64,000 nt of DNA from Nocardioidaceae bacterium (GTDB lineage Bacteria; Actinomycetota; Actinomycetes; Propionibacteriales; Nocardioidaceae): assembly GCA_025934895.1 (NCBI GenBank), contig JAICWH010000002.1, positions 2,472 through 66,471 on the forward strand. The letters are read 5' to 3'. Within the stretch, counting starts at the first letter, position 1, and every line of letters starts with the position of its first letter. The notes beneath the pieces are model-generated. The model was given only the letters and a program-made list of their open reading frames with translations. It did no database searches and was not told the DNA's origin. The translations under genes were made by a program, and so were the position numbers. Positions 30,797 to 38,774 of the stretch are shown piece by piece.

Positions 30797-31534
30797 TCAG
30801 GCGCGGAGCGCGGCTCTGACGAGAGTCGCGTGCAGCCGCACGGACAGGGCCGCCAGCTGCGCGATCGCCTCCTCAGCCCGCGCCGAGGCGGTCGCGTCCC
30901 GGCCGTGCCGCATCGTGGAGACCACCTGCTCGACCAGGCCGATCTCCCGGTCCGCCGCGGTCTTGAAGGCACGCAGATGACGGGGCTCGAGCCCGAACGA
31001 CGCCATCTCACCCGCGGTCTTCGCGATCATCAACGCGTCCCCGTCGTACGGCGCCGAGCTGTGCCGCGGCCGGATGAGGCCGTAGGTCTCGAGCTGCTCC
31101 AGCAGAGGGTCCTCGATCTGCGCCGCGGTCAGCAGCTCGTTGCGGGACAGGCGCAGCTCGGCGCCTTCGCCGAGCTGCCCGAAGGATGCGGCCGCGGGGT
31201 ATCCGTCGCCGTCGAGCACCACCCGGGGCACCTGCGGGCTGCTGGCTCCGTTGAGGCTGGGCGGCTCGAGGCCCCGGTCGATGGCGTCGAGGTGTTCGCG
31301 GATCACCTTCAAAGGCAGGTAGTGCTCCCGCTGGCAGGTCAGCACGTAGCGCAGCCGGTCCACGTCACGGTGGGAGAACTTGCGGTAGCCGGAGGGGGTC
31401 CGCTCCGGCTCGATGAGGCCCTCTGCCTCGAGGAACCGGATCTTGGAGATGTTCAGCCCCGGAAAGTCCCCACGCAGCTGGCCCAGCACCTCACCGATGC
31501 TCAGCCGTGCCCGCGACGAGGCGGACGGCCTCAC
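30797..31534 (-). CDS. MerR-family regulator (Rv1828-like)
   Basis: LSIGEVL..ISKIRFLEAEGLIEPERTPSGYRKF..HYLPLKVIREHL; GTG at 31534. Confidence 0.9.
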   Translation of the reverse strand: MRPSASSRARLSIGEVLGQLRGDFPGLNISKIRFLEAEGLIEPERTPSGYRKFSHRDVDRLRYVLTCQREHYLPLKVIREHLDAIDRGLEPPSLNGASSPQVPRVVLDGDGYPAAASFGQLGEGAELRLSRNELLTAAQIEDPLLEQLETYGLIRPRHSSAPYDGDALMIAKTAGEMASFGLEPRHLRAFKTAADREIGLVEQVVSTMRHGRDATASARAEEAIAQLAALSVRLHATLVRAALRA

Positions 31535-31539
31535 CGGCC

Positions 31540-32091
31540 CTACCGGCCCACTCCGGCGTGGCTGGCGAAGTAGACCAGCCGGTACTTCCCGATCTGCACC
31601 TCGTCGCCGCCCTGCAGGGTCACCTCGTCGATCCGGTCGCGGTTGACGTAGGTGCCGTTGAGACTGCCGACGTCGGCGACCGTGAAGCCGTCCGCCGTGC
31701 GCCTGAACTCGGCGTGCCGACGAGACACCGTGACGTCGTCGAGGAAGATCTCGCTGTCCGGGTGGCGGCCGGCAGAGACCACGTCGGTGTCCAACAGGAA
31801 CCGGCTGCCGGCGCTGGGGCCACGCTGCACGACGAGCAGGGCGCTGCCGGCCGGCAGGGCGTCGACGGCCGTCGCGTCCGCCTCGTTGAGCGACCCCTCG
31901 TCGCGGAGCTCGGATGCGTCCTTGGCAGGCGCCCCGAACGTGATGGTCGCCGTGGTCTCGCCGTGGCCCTCGACGGCTGCGGGTGTCGTCGGCCCGTCGC
32001 TGCCGGCGGCCGCCACGAGGCGGTTTCCGCACTGCGAGCAGAAACGAGCCCCGTCGGGGTTCTGGTGTCCGCACTGGGTGCAGAACGGCAT
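31540..32091 (-). CDS. garA: GarA/OdhI-like FHA protein with N-terminal zinc ribbon
   Basis: CTQC..CSQC, ETTATITFG, AGRHPDSEIFLDDVTVSRRHAEF..GSLNGTYVN..QIGKYRL. Confidence 0.92.
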   Translation of the reverse strand: MPFCTQCGHQNPDGARFCSQCGNRLVAAAGSDGPTTPAAVEGHGETTATITFGAPAKDASELRDEGSLNEADATAVDALPAGSALLVVQRGPSAGSRFLLDTDVVSAGRHPDSEIFLDDVTVSRRHAEFRRTADGFTVADVGSLNGTYVNRDRIDEVTLQGGDEVQIGKYRLVYFASHAGVGR

Positions 32092-32242
32092 GCTTGGCCT
32101 CCCGGCTCACTCGGCTTCGTCCCAGGGTGTCACTGACCCGCAACCGCCACGTTCCACAACCCTCAAGGCTCAGTCGAGGTTCACGGTTGCTTGGGCACGA
32201 ACCTACCAGCGCCGGAGTCGGGGTCAAGGGGCGACCGGCCGG

Positions 32243-32629
32243 TCAGGACTCCAGGCCGGCCTGGTAGGTGGCGGCGTCCATCAGGGCCTCGACCGTCGCG
32301 GGGTCCGAGGGCACCAGCTCGAAGAGCCAGCCCTCCCCGTAGGGGTCGGAGTTGACCAGCTCCGGGGTGCCCTCCAGGGCCTCGTTGACCGCTGCCACGG
32401 TGCCCGCCACCGGTGCGTAGACGTCGCTCACCGACTTGGTCGACTCCAGCTCCCCGACCGCTGTCCCGCTCTCCAGCTCGGCGCCCACCTCGGGCAGCGA
32501 GACGTAGACGATGTCCCCCAGCGCCTCCTGGGCGTAGTCGGTGATGCCCACCCGCACCGAGGACTCGGCGGCGCCCGGGCGGCGAAGCCACTCGTGCTCG
32601 GCGGTGTACTTGAGGTCGTCGGGGAACAC
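32243..32629 (-). CDS. gcvH: Glycine cleavage H protein
   Basis: EHEW, GITDYAQEALGDIVYV, ESTKSVSDVYAPV (lipoyl Lys), DPYGEGWL. Confidence 0.97.
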   Translation of the reverse strand: MFPDDLKYTAEHEWLRRPGAAESSVRVGITDYAQEALGDIVYVSLPEVGAELESGTAVGELESTKSVSDVYAPVAGTVAAVNEALEGTPELVNSDPYGEGWLFELVPSDPATVEALMDAATYQAGLES

Positions 32630-32723
32630 GGCTCTCCTCTGTCTCGGGTGGGACTGGTCAGCGCCGCAGATCGGGGTGGCCCGCCCGCTGATGTCGGCTG
32701 AGGTTGGCTGGGGTTCGCTGAGG

Positions 32724-33533
32724 CTATCGGGTCAGCCCGGGCTCGGCGTACTTCGGTGCCTGGACCTTGTGGAGGCTGGTGATCTGCACCGTGGCGAGCC
32801 GCTGCACCGTGACGGTGCCACCGACCCCGCGGATCTCGGAGATGAAGCCGCCGGTGAAGTCCAGAGCGGTCGCCAGCGTGTGCGGGTCGCCGATCGCGTC
32901 GATGACGTAGGGCGGTCCGAGCGGCGTGCCGTCTGCCAGGACCCCGCCGCCGGTGGTGTCCTCCAGGTAGGTCGATGCCACCACCCGGACCGAGTCGTTG
33001 AGCTCGATGACCTCCGCCCCGGCGTCCCGGAGCTCCTGGAGCCCGTCGATCAGCTGGTTGGTGCCGACGCCGGTGTTCTTGTCGCTCACGGTGACCCGCA
33101 CGCCGGGACCCTCGGCGGGCATCGTGCCCGCCAGGATGCCGAGGGTGTCGGCCTGCTGGCGGGCGCGCAGCAGGGCCGTACGCCGCGCCTGGGTGTCGTT
33201 GCCCAGCGCGTCCCGGGTCTTCTCCAGCTTGGTGATCTGGGCCTCCGCGCGGTCGGAGGCCAGCGAGAGGGTGTTGATCAGCTGGATCAGGTCGCCTTGC
33301 CGGGCGCCGACGTAGGTGTCGTCCTTGCGGTTGGCCTGCACCTGGGTGACGCCAGCGAACCCGACGGCCGCAAGGAGCAGGCCGGCCACCACCTGGCCAC
33401 GCGACCCCGGCTTGCGCAGGGCCGCCAGGAGCCGGGCCCGGCCGTCGAGGTCCTCGCGGCCGGATGGCTCGACCGGCGTCGCGGCGGCCGGCCGCGGAGC
33501 GTCCATGGGGCCGCTCGGGCCGAGCTCAGGCAT
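32724..33533 (-). CDS. DUF881 family protein (Rv1825-like)
   Basis: TM, coiled coil, GPGVRVTV, ELRDAGAEVIELN, PPYVIDAIGDP. Confidence 0.85.
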   Translation of the reverse strand: MPELGPSGPMDAPRPAAATPVEPSGREDLDGRARLLAALRKPGSRGQVVAGLLLAAVGFAGVTQVQANRKDDTYVGARQGDLIQLINTLSLASDRAEAQITKLEKTRDALGNDTQARRTALLRARQQADTLGILAGTMPAEGPGVRVTVSDKNTGVGTNQLIDGLQELRDAGAEVIELNDSVRVVASTYLEDTTGGGVLADGTPLGPPYVIDAIGDPHTLATALDFTGGFISEIRGVGGTVTVQRLATVQITSLHKVQAPKYAEPGLTR

Positions 33534-33858
33534 GGAAGATGTGCCGTCGGATCGCGGCGACGTTGGAGAAGATTCGGATGCCCAGCACCACGATCACGCC
33601 GGTGGACAGCTGACCGCCCACACCGAGCTTGTCACCGAGGTACACGATCAGCGCCGCGATCAGCACGTTGGACACGAAGGAGATGACGAACACCTTGTCG
33701 TCGAAGATCCCGTCCAGGAACGCGCGCAGCGCGCCGAAGACCGCGTCCAGGGCGGCCACCACGGCGATCGGCAGGTAGGGGTCCAACCACACGGGCACCG
33801 ATGGCTGGAGCAAGAGGCCGAGGAATACCCCGAGGAGCAGGCCGATGGCGGCGATCAT
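33526..33858 (-). CDS. Small basic family protein Sbp/DUF1290 (Rv1824-like)
   Basis: PYLPIAVVAALDAVFGALRA..FVSNVLIAALIVYLGDKLGV..GIRIFSNVAAIRRH; ATG at 33858. Confidence 0.9.
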   Translation of the reverse strand: MIAAIGLLLGVFLGLLLQPSVPVWLDPYLPIAVVAALDAVFGALRAFLDGIFDDKVFVISFVSNVLIAALIVYLGDKLGVGGQLSTGVIVVLGIRIFSNVAAIRRHIFHA

Positions 33859-34760
33859 CGGCGGCCCTGGAGCTCGTGGGCATGACGAAGGCTCACGCGC
33901 CTGGCCGCGGGCAGCTGCATGGAGTCCTTCACCTCGATGTTGAACTGCAAGCCGAAGTTGGATTGTAGGGTCACCCACACCCGCCCTCCTTCGGTGTCGA
34001 GCAGCCGGGCACCCATGTCCTGCGGGTTGCCGATCGCCGAGACGGTGTAGGGCGCGGTGAGGGACCGGAAGTCGACGGTCACCGCCCCGGCGGCGTCGCG
34101 GATCGGGGTCAGGCTGGTCAACCGCTGCCCGTTGATGGAGATGGCCTCGGCGCCGACCGTCCACAGGGCGTTGACGAGCTTCTGCAGGTCCTGGGACTGC
34201 ACCCGCTTCTCGGGCGTGGTGGCGCCTGGTGCGTCGTCGACCGTCACCGCTATGCCGGGACCCCGGGTGGGTTCGCTTCCGGTCAGGATCCCGAGGCGGG
34301 TGAGCTGCTGCCGCATGGCGCGGCCCTGCGCGGTCGCGTCCAGGCTGCGGGCCTGCAGGGTCGTGATCTGGTCCTGCAGCACGCGCACCAAGGTGCGGCG
34401 CCTGTTCAGGTCGTCCCTGCGGGCGTCGACCTGCTTGACCAGCGTCTCGCGCGAGGTCGCCGCCTGGGGTGCGTCGCGGGAGTTCTGGACGGCGGCCGTC
34501 GCCACCAGCACCCCGAAGAAGGCGAGCACGAGCAGGGTCCTGCTGGCCGGCCGGGCCCCTAACGGCCTGCCGGGGGGCCTGCCGGTGGGCCCGCCGGGGT
34601 CTGGCGGCGTCCCGGCGGCCGCGTCCCGCATCCTCGCGGCGCGGGCGTAGTCGGCGTCCAGCGAGGTCGAGGCGATGTAGTCGAGCAGCCCCAAGCGCAC
34701 GCCGGCCGGTGGGTCGGGGACCGGCTGGTGCGGGTCGGTTCCGCGTGGGTCAGCCACCAT
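33855..34760 (-). CDS. DUF881 family protein (Rv1823-like)
   Basis: LDADY, TM, GPGIAVTVDDA, DLQKLVNALWTVGAEAISINGQRL..PYTVSAIG. Confidence 0.85.
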   Translation of the reverse strand: MVADPRGTDPHQPVPDPPAGVRLGLLDYIASTSLDADYARAARMRDAAAGTPPDPGGPTGRPPGRPLGARPASRTLLVLAFFGVLVATAAVQNSRDAPQAATSRETLVKQVDARRDDLNRRRTLVRVLQDQITTLQARSLDATAQGRAMRQQLTRLGILTGSEPTRGPGIAVTVDDAPGATTPEKRVQSQDLQKLVNALWTVGAEAISINGQRLTSLTPIRDAAGAVTVDFRSLTAPYTVSAIGNPQDMGARLLDTEGGRVWVTLQSNFGLQFNIEVKDSMQLPAARRVSLRHAHELQGRR

Positions 34761-35364
34761 CGAGAGCAGGCGCCCTTCGGTCGCGGTCGGCGAGCAGCTT
34801 GTGGACCTGCCACGCATAGAGGAGGCCGGCCCACCAGTACAGCCCGATCCCCCAGATGGCGAACGCCCAGCCGAGGATCTGGGCCAGGTGCGCCAGCGTG
34901 CCGGTCGCGTCCCCGAGCAGCAGCAGCGGGAAGGCGTACAGGAGGTTCGCGGTGGCGGCCTTGCCCAGGAAGTGCACCGGCAGCGAGCTGTAGCCGCGGG
35001 TGCGCAGGAACGGCACGAGGCACCACAGGAACGCGTCTCGCGCGGGGAGGAGGGCGGCCACCCACCACGGGATGATGCCGCGCGCGGCGAGCCCGATCAC
35101 CGTGGACAGGATGTAGAGCCGGTCGGCGACCGGGTCAAGGATCTCCCCGACCTTGGACGTCTGGTTGAGCCTGCGCGCCAGGTAGCCGTCGGCATAGTCG
35201 CTGATCCCGGAGACGAAGAGTACGGCGAGGGCCCAGCCGTCCGCCTCGGGGACCAGGACGAGCCAGAGGAAGAGGGGGACACCTGCGAGCCGGATGATCG
35301 AGATGACGTTGGGGATGGTGAGGACCCGGTGGCTGCCGCCCACCGCTCCGTCCTGCTTGTCCAC
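34750..35364 (-). CDS. pgsA2: CDP-alcohol phosphatidyltransferase (PgsA2-like)
   Basis: LTIPNVISIIRL, SDYADGYLARRLNQTSKVGEILDPVAD, GKAAT. Confidence 0.92.
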   Translation of the reverse strand: MDKQDGAVGGSHRVLTIPNVISIIRLAGVPLFLWLVLVPEADGWALAVLFVSGISDYADGYLARRLNQTSKVGEILDPVADRLYILSTVIGLAARGIIPWWVAALLPARDAFLWCLVPFLRTRGYSSLPVHFLGKAATANLLYAFPLLLLGDATGTLAHLAQILGWAFAIWGIGLYWWAGLLYAWQVHKLLADRDRRAPALDGG

Positions 35365-35513
35365 CAGGTATCCCTCGCCTCGTTGGGAACCTCAGCACCC
35401 TATCCCGTCGGGGAGCGGGCTCCGGCAGTCCGGGAACGAGGGTGGCTGAAGCGGCGTGGCGGAGAGTGCTGGGGTCGACGTGGCATCTTCCCAGCGGGGA
35501 TCGTGCGCCTGTC

Positions 35514-35672
35514 TCAGTGCGCGGAGATGCAGCGGCCGCAGCGGGGGCAGTGCGCCCGTGCGACGACGTCGAGCTGCTGACCGCAGCGGCAGTCTCGGAG
35601 GCGGCGGCGCACGATGCCCTGCTTCTTCGTGACCCGACTGTCGCCGTTCGTGGTGTTCTCGGTGCGGCTCAT
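35514..35672 (-). CDS. 52-aa Cys/His-rich micro-protein (absent from ORF track), paralogue of 38556-38714
   Basis: Hand translation MSRTENTTNGDSRVTKKQGIVRRRLRDCRCGQQLDVVARAHCPRCGRCISAH*; GGGGAG upstream; GC-rich third positions. Confidence 0.75.
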   Translation of the reverse strand: MSRTENTTNGDSRVTKKQGIVRRRLRDCRCGQQLDVVARAHCPRCGRCISAH

Positions 35673-35796
35673 GAGCTCAGCTCCCCATAGATCCTGTCAT
35701 GAACAGGAAACTGGCGAGCACGTCGAAAGTGACGCAGAAACGCCGGTCATGGCCCGAAAGGATCAGAGGGACCACCCGAAGGGACGAGCCGCTCGC

Positions 35797-36018
35797 TCAG
35801 AGCTTGTGCAGCTTCGCGAACGGCCGCATCAACCGCGTGCGCGAAGTTCCGAAGTCCACCACGACCGCCTGCTCACCCTCGACAGCGACCACGCGGCCGA
35901 GACCGTACTTGTCGTGCGTCACCCGCTCGTCGACCAGGAAGGTCTCCACCACCTCCGGCACAGGAGGCTTGAAGGGACTGCTGGCTAGGTGTCGCCGGGA
36001 CCCGGCATATGGCTTCAT
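35797..36018 (-). CDS. Stand-alone PcrA/UvrD C-terminal Tudor-like domain protein (73 aa)
   Basis: FLVDERVTHDKYGLGRVVAVEGEQAVVVDFG..LHKL*; ATG at 36018 with CATACT 7 nt upstream. Confidence 0.75.
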   Translation of the reverse strand: MKPYAGSRRHLASSPFKPPVPEVVETFLVDERVTHDKYGLGRVVAVEGEQAVVVDFGTSRTRLMRPFAKLHKL

Positions 36019-36199
36019 TGGCTCCAGTATGTGCCAGGGGGGCTGTCCCTGTCGCCCTTCGGCGCCCACGATCGGGTCCGTACGGGGAGGAAGCCTGGCC
36101 GTGCGGCGTCTCCAGCCCCCCGGACCGGAGACGGCGCACTGCACACCTGAGACGCCGGAGCGGCCGGGTCGTGACGCCGGTTGAGACCGGCTCTTCGGC

Positions 36200-37054
36200 C
36201 TAGGGGTAGAGGTGCCGCACCAGCGGGCCCGGCGCGAACGGTCGCCAGCTCCTCTCCGGACGGGCCAACCGGTCGGCCAACAGGTGCAGGACGGTGGGGT
36301 TGTTCACGAGACCTGAGTGGCTGCCGCGAACCTCGATGTTCTGCCGACGCCGGCCGGGCGGCAGCAGACAGGACTTCCACGGCACCACGCCGTCGCTGCG
36401 CGTGTAGACGGCCGTGGCCGGCACCCGCAACGGCCCGGGCTCCGCCCACGGGCGCGCCACCATCGACGGCGTCACGTGCAGGTGCGACATCGCGTCGAAC
36501 ACCTGGGACGCGGCCCGACCGCTGCGGCGGGCCAGCCGCACCGGACTGCCGAGGGTGACGACCTGCCGGACACTGCCCGGAGACTTGCGGGCGAGCTCGT
36601 GCGCGTAGAGACCCCCCAGGCTCCAGCCCACGAGGCTGACCCGGCTGCCCGAGGAGTCAGCCAGCGTCTCCAGCCGGTCCCGCAGCCCGCTGACGACCGC
36701 CTCGGTCGGCCCGAGGTTCGCACCGAGCCGCCAGCCGGAGACCGAGTAGCCCAGCCAGCCGAGGTAACGGCGCAGGAGCAGGGTGGAGGCGTCTCCTCCC
36801 CACAAGCCGGGCAGCACCAGGACCGGGTGTCCGTCGCCTCGTTGTTCGACGGCGAGCAGGGGCGCGACCGTCACGGTTGCCGCCAGCTCCAGCGAGGCTC
36901 GCGGCAGCTCGGAGGCCAGCAGCCTGGCTGCGGGACCGTGCCGCCCGACCTGCACGGGCCGCGGCAGCGATCTCCATCGGGCTGGAGCCCACGTCCCGAC
37001 GGCCCATGGGGCCGGAGGCCACCCGCGGACCTGGGTCAGGGGCAGCCGGCGCAC
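36200..37054 (-). CDS. Alpha/beta hydrolase (esterase/lipase-like)
   Basis: VLVLPGL, LVGWSLGG (GxSxG), VTLGSP, SDGVV, SHSGL. Confidence 0.88.
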   Translation of the reverse strand: MRRLPLTQVRGWPPAPWAVGTWAPARWRSLPRPVQVGRHGPAARLLASELPRASLELAATVTVAPLLAVEQRGDGHPVLVLPGLWGGDASTLLLRRYLGWLGYSVSGWRLGANLGPTEAVVSGLRDRLETLADSSGSRVSLVGWSLGGLYAHELARKSPGSVRQVVTLGSPVRLARRSGRAASQVFDAMSHLHVTPSMVARPWAEPGPLRVPATAVYTRSDGVVPWKSCLLPPGRRRQNIEVRGSHSGLVNNPTVLHLLADRLARPERSWRPFAPGPLVRHLYP

Positions 37055-37075
37055 CGGGTCATCGTGCCATGGACC

Positions 37076-37420
37076 TCAGGGCTGGTGTGCCGCGCGGTAG
37101 GCCGCGATCACCGTCACCGGCAGGCGACCGCGCCCGCTGACCGTGAAACCGTTCTGGCGCGCCCACGCACGGAGCTCGACGTTGCTCACCTGGGGCGTGG
37201 CCTTGGCGCCGCCGCTCCCCTTCTGGCGCCGCCTGGCCGATCCCTTTCCCGGTGGCGACGTGGCGGGACCCGGTGGGGGTGCGATGCTGGGTACCTCGGA
37301 CAGGTCCGGCTGGGGGACGTGCTTCGTGGACACCCCGAGCTCGACGCCGTACACAGCGCCGACGACACGCAGTGCGTCCTCGAGCGGGTCGCTCGAGTCG
37401 ATGGTCACCTTCACGGGCAT
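37076..37420 (-). CDS. Lsr2-like nucleoid-associated protein with atypical N-terminus
   Basis: C-terminal ELRAWARQNGFTVSGRGRLPVTVIAAY (Lsr2 DNA-binding domain with RGR hook); GAGAGG RBS before ATG 37420. Confidence 0.8.
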   Translation of the reverse strand: MPVKVTIDSSDPLEDALRVVGAVYGVELGVSTKHVPQPDLSEVPSIAPPPGPATSPPGKGSARRRQKGSGGAKATPQVSNVELRAWARQNGFTVSGRGRLPVTVIAAYRAAHQP

Positions 37421-37545
37421 CTGCCTCTCGACGTGTCCGGCGGATGGGAGGGTCCACAGCTGGATGCCTCCCAACGCTACTAGAGACGGCAACCCGGCGC
37501 AGCGAACGCGCCGGTCCGGCGGATCCGCCCCGACGGCACGTGGGC

Positions 37546-37728
37546 TCAGCCCGGGCGTCGCAGCGTCGCCTCGAACTGCTGGAGGGACCGTTTGGTGCTG
37601 GTCTCGAGGTCGCGTACCGCCCGCTGCAGGGCGGACCGGTCGTCATCGTCCTTCTTGTGCCACTGGTCGTGCCGGAAGGGGTCGACGACCCCGGCCCCGC
37701 ACTTGCTGCAGGTCTGCACCTCTGACAT
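37546..37728 (-). CDS. 60-aa protein with C-x2-C-x9-H-x3-H zinc-finger-like motif and helical tail
   Basis: CSKCGAGVVDPFRHDQWH; GGAGG RBS. Confidence 0.7.
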   Translation of the reverse strand: MSEVQTCSKCGAGVVDPFRHDQWHKKDDDDRSALQRAVRDLETSTKRSLQQFEATLRRPG

Positions 37729-37809
37729 CTCGACCTCCCGGGCCGGTCGCCGACGGCTGCCTTCGTCGCCACCGTACGTCGACCGCGGGAACTGCTCGGT
37801 GCGGGATGG

Positions 37810-38325
37810 TCAAGCCTCGGGTGGCCGGGAGGGGGGTCGGCGGGCCTGGTCGAGGTAGCGCTCCATCAGGTCGGGGCTGAGCCCGTCACCGAAGGTCTGG
37901 GCGCGGGACCCGGCCGCGACCGTGCGGCGTCGGGCGGACGCTCGTCGGAAGGCCGCGACGCCGAGGCAGGCGGCCGCCGCGACGAACCAGCCGAGGACGC
38001 CCGCAGCGTCCACCCATCGCGTGGACCTGCTGACCAGGCCCTGCCCCGGGTCGGCCGGGTCGACGTAGACGGTGACCGGCGTGTCGTGGCTGGGCGCCGC
38101 GCCCGGCGCGTCCACAGTGAAGTCCTCCCCGTTGTACTGGTAGTAGACGATCCCACCGCTGTTGGTGCCCTGCACGGCCTGGCCGGTCCAGTACAGGCTG
38201 GACGGCGACTGCAGCTCCACGAGTGCGAACAGCAGCCCCACGACGACGAGGGCGAGGGCGACCTTGGCGGACGGGTACGCGAGGACGCCGCGGAGCCCTC
38301 CTCGCAGGCGCGGCTGCTCGGACAT
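37810..38325 (-). CDS. Two-TM membrane protein, function unknown
   Basis: Two hydrophobic segments flanking a beta-rich loop (VTVYVDPADP); GGAGG RBS. Confidence 0.7.
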   Translation of the reverse strand: MSEQPRLRGGLRGVLAYPSAKVALALVVVGLLFALVELQSPSSLYWTGQAVQGTNSGGIVYYQYNGEDFTVDAPGAAPSHDTPVTVYVDPADPGQGLVSRSTRWVDAAGVLGWFVAAAACLGVAAFRRASARRRTVAAGSRAQTFGDGLSPDLMERYLDQARRPPSRPPEA

Positions 38326-38555
38326 GCGGCACCTCCCGCCGTCGACGCTGGAGTACGACGCTAGCGCCCTGCGACGCCGGACGTAAGGGTCCCTGCCGGC
38401 GTGCCCGGTGCCGCAGCGGTATCACCGGACCGGCGCCGGCCCTCCTCACCGACAGACCCGTACGACGAGGTCGGAAAGAGCGATGAGGTCACGACCGGCG
38501 GCAGGTCCTACCTGTGAGCCGGAAACCGTGAGCGACCCGGGAGGGAGCAAGAGCG

Positions 38556-38714
38556 ATGACCACCGAACAGCACGCCTGGGCCACGGCTCCGGCGACGGGG
38601 AGGACCTCGAGGCCGTCCGGGCCGCCGGTGTGTGGCTGCGGCCAGGACCTCGACGTATGTCACGGGAGCCACTGCCCACGCTGCGGCACGTCGCTGCTCG
38701 CGCACGCGGCGTGA
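38556..38714 (+). CDS. 52-aa Cys/His-rich micro-protein (absent from ORF track), paralogue of 35514-35672
   Basis: Hand translation MTTEQHAWATAPATGRTSRPSGPPVCGCGQDLDVCHGSHCPRCGTSLLAHAA*; GGAGGGAG RBS. Confidence 0.78.
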   Translation: MTTEQHAWATAPATGRTSRPSGPPVCGCGQDLDVCHGSHCPRCGTSLLAHAA

Positions 38715-38774
38715 GCGGCGGCAGTCGGGCACCGAAGCGCCCGAGCACCGAAGCGCCCGGGCGCCGACGTGCGG

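Noticed and set aside
38725-38765. Duplicated GCACCGAAGCGCCCG hairpin as a new repeat family
   Set aside because: Local two-copy hairpin between convergent genes; adequately explained as a terminator-like structure
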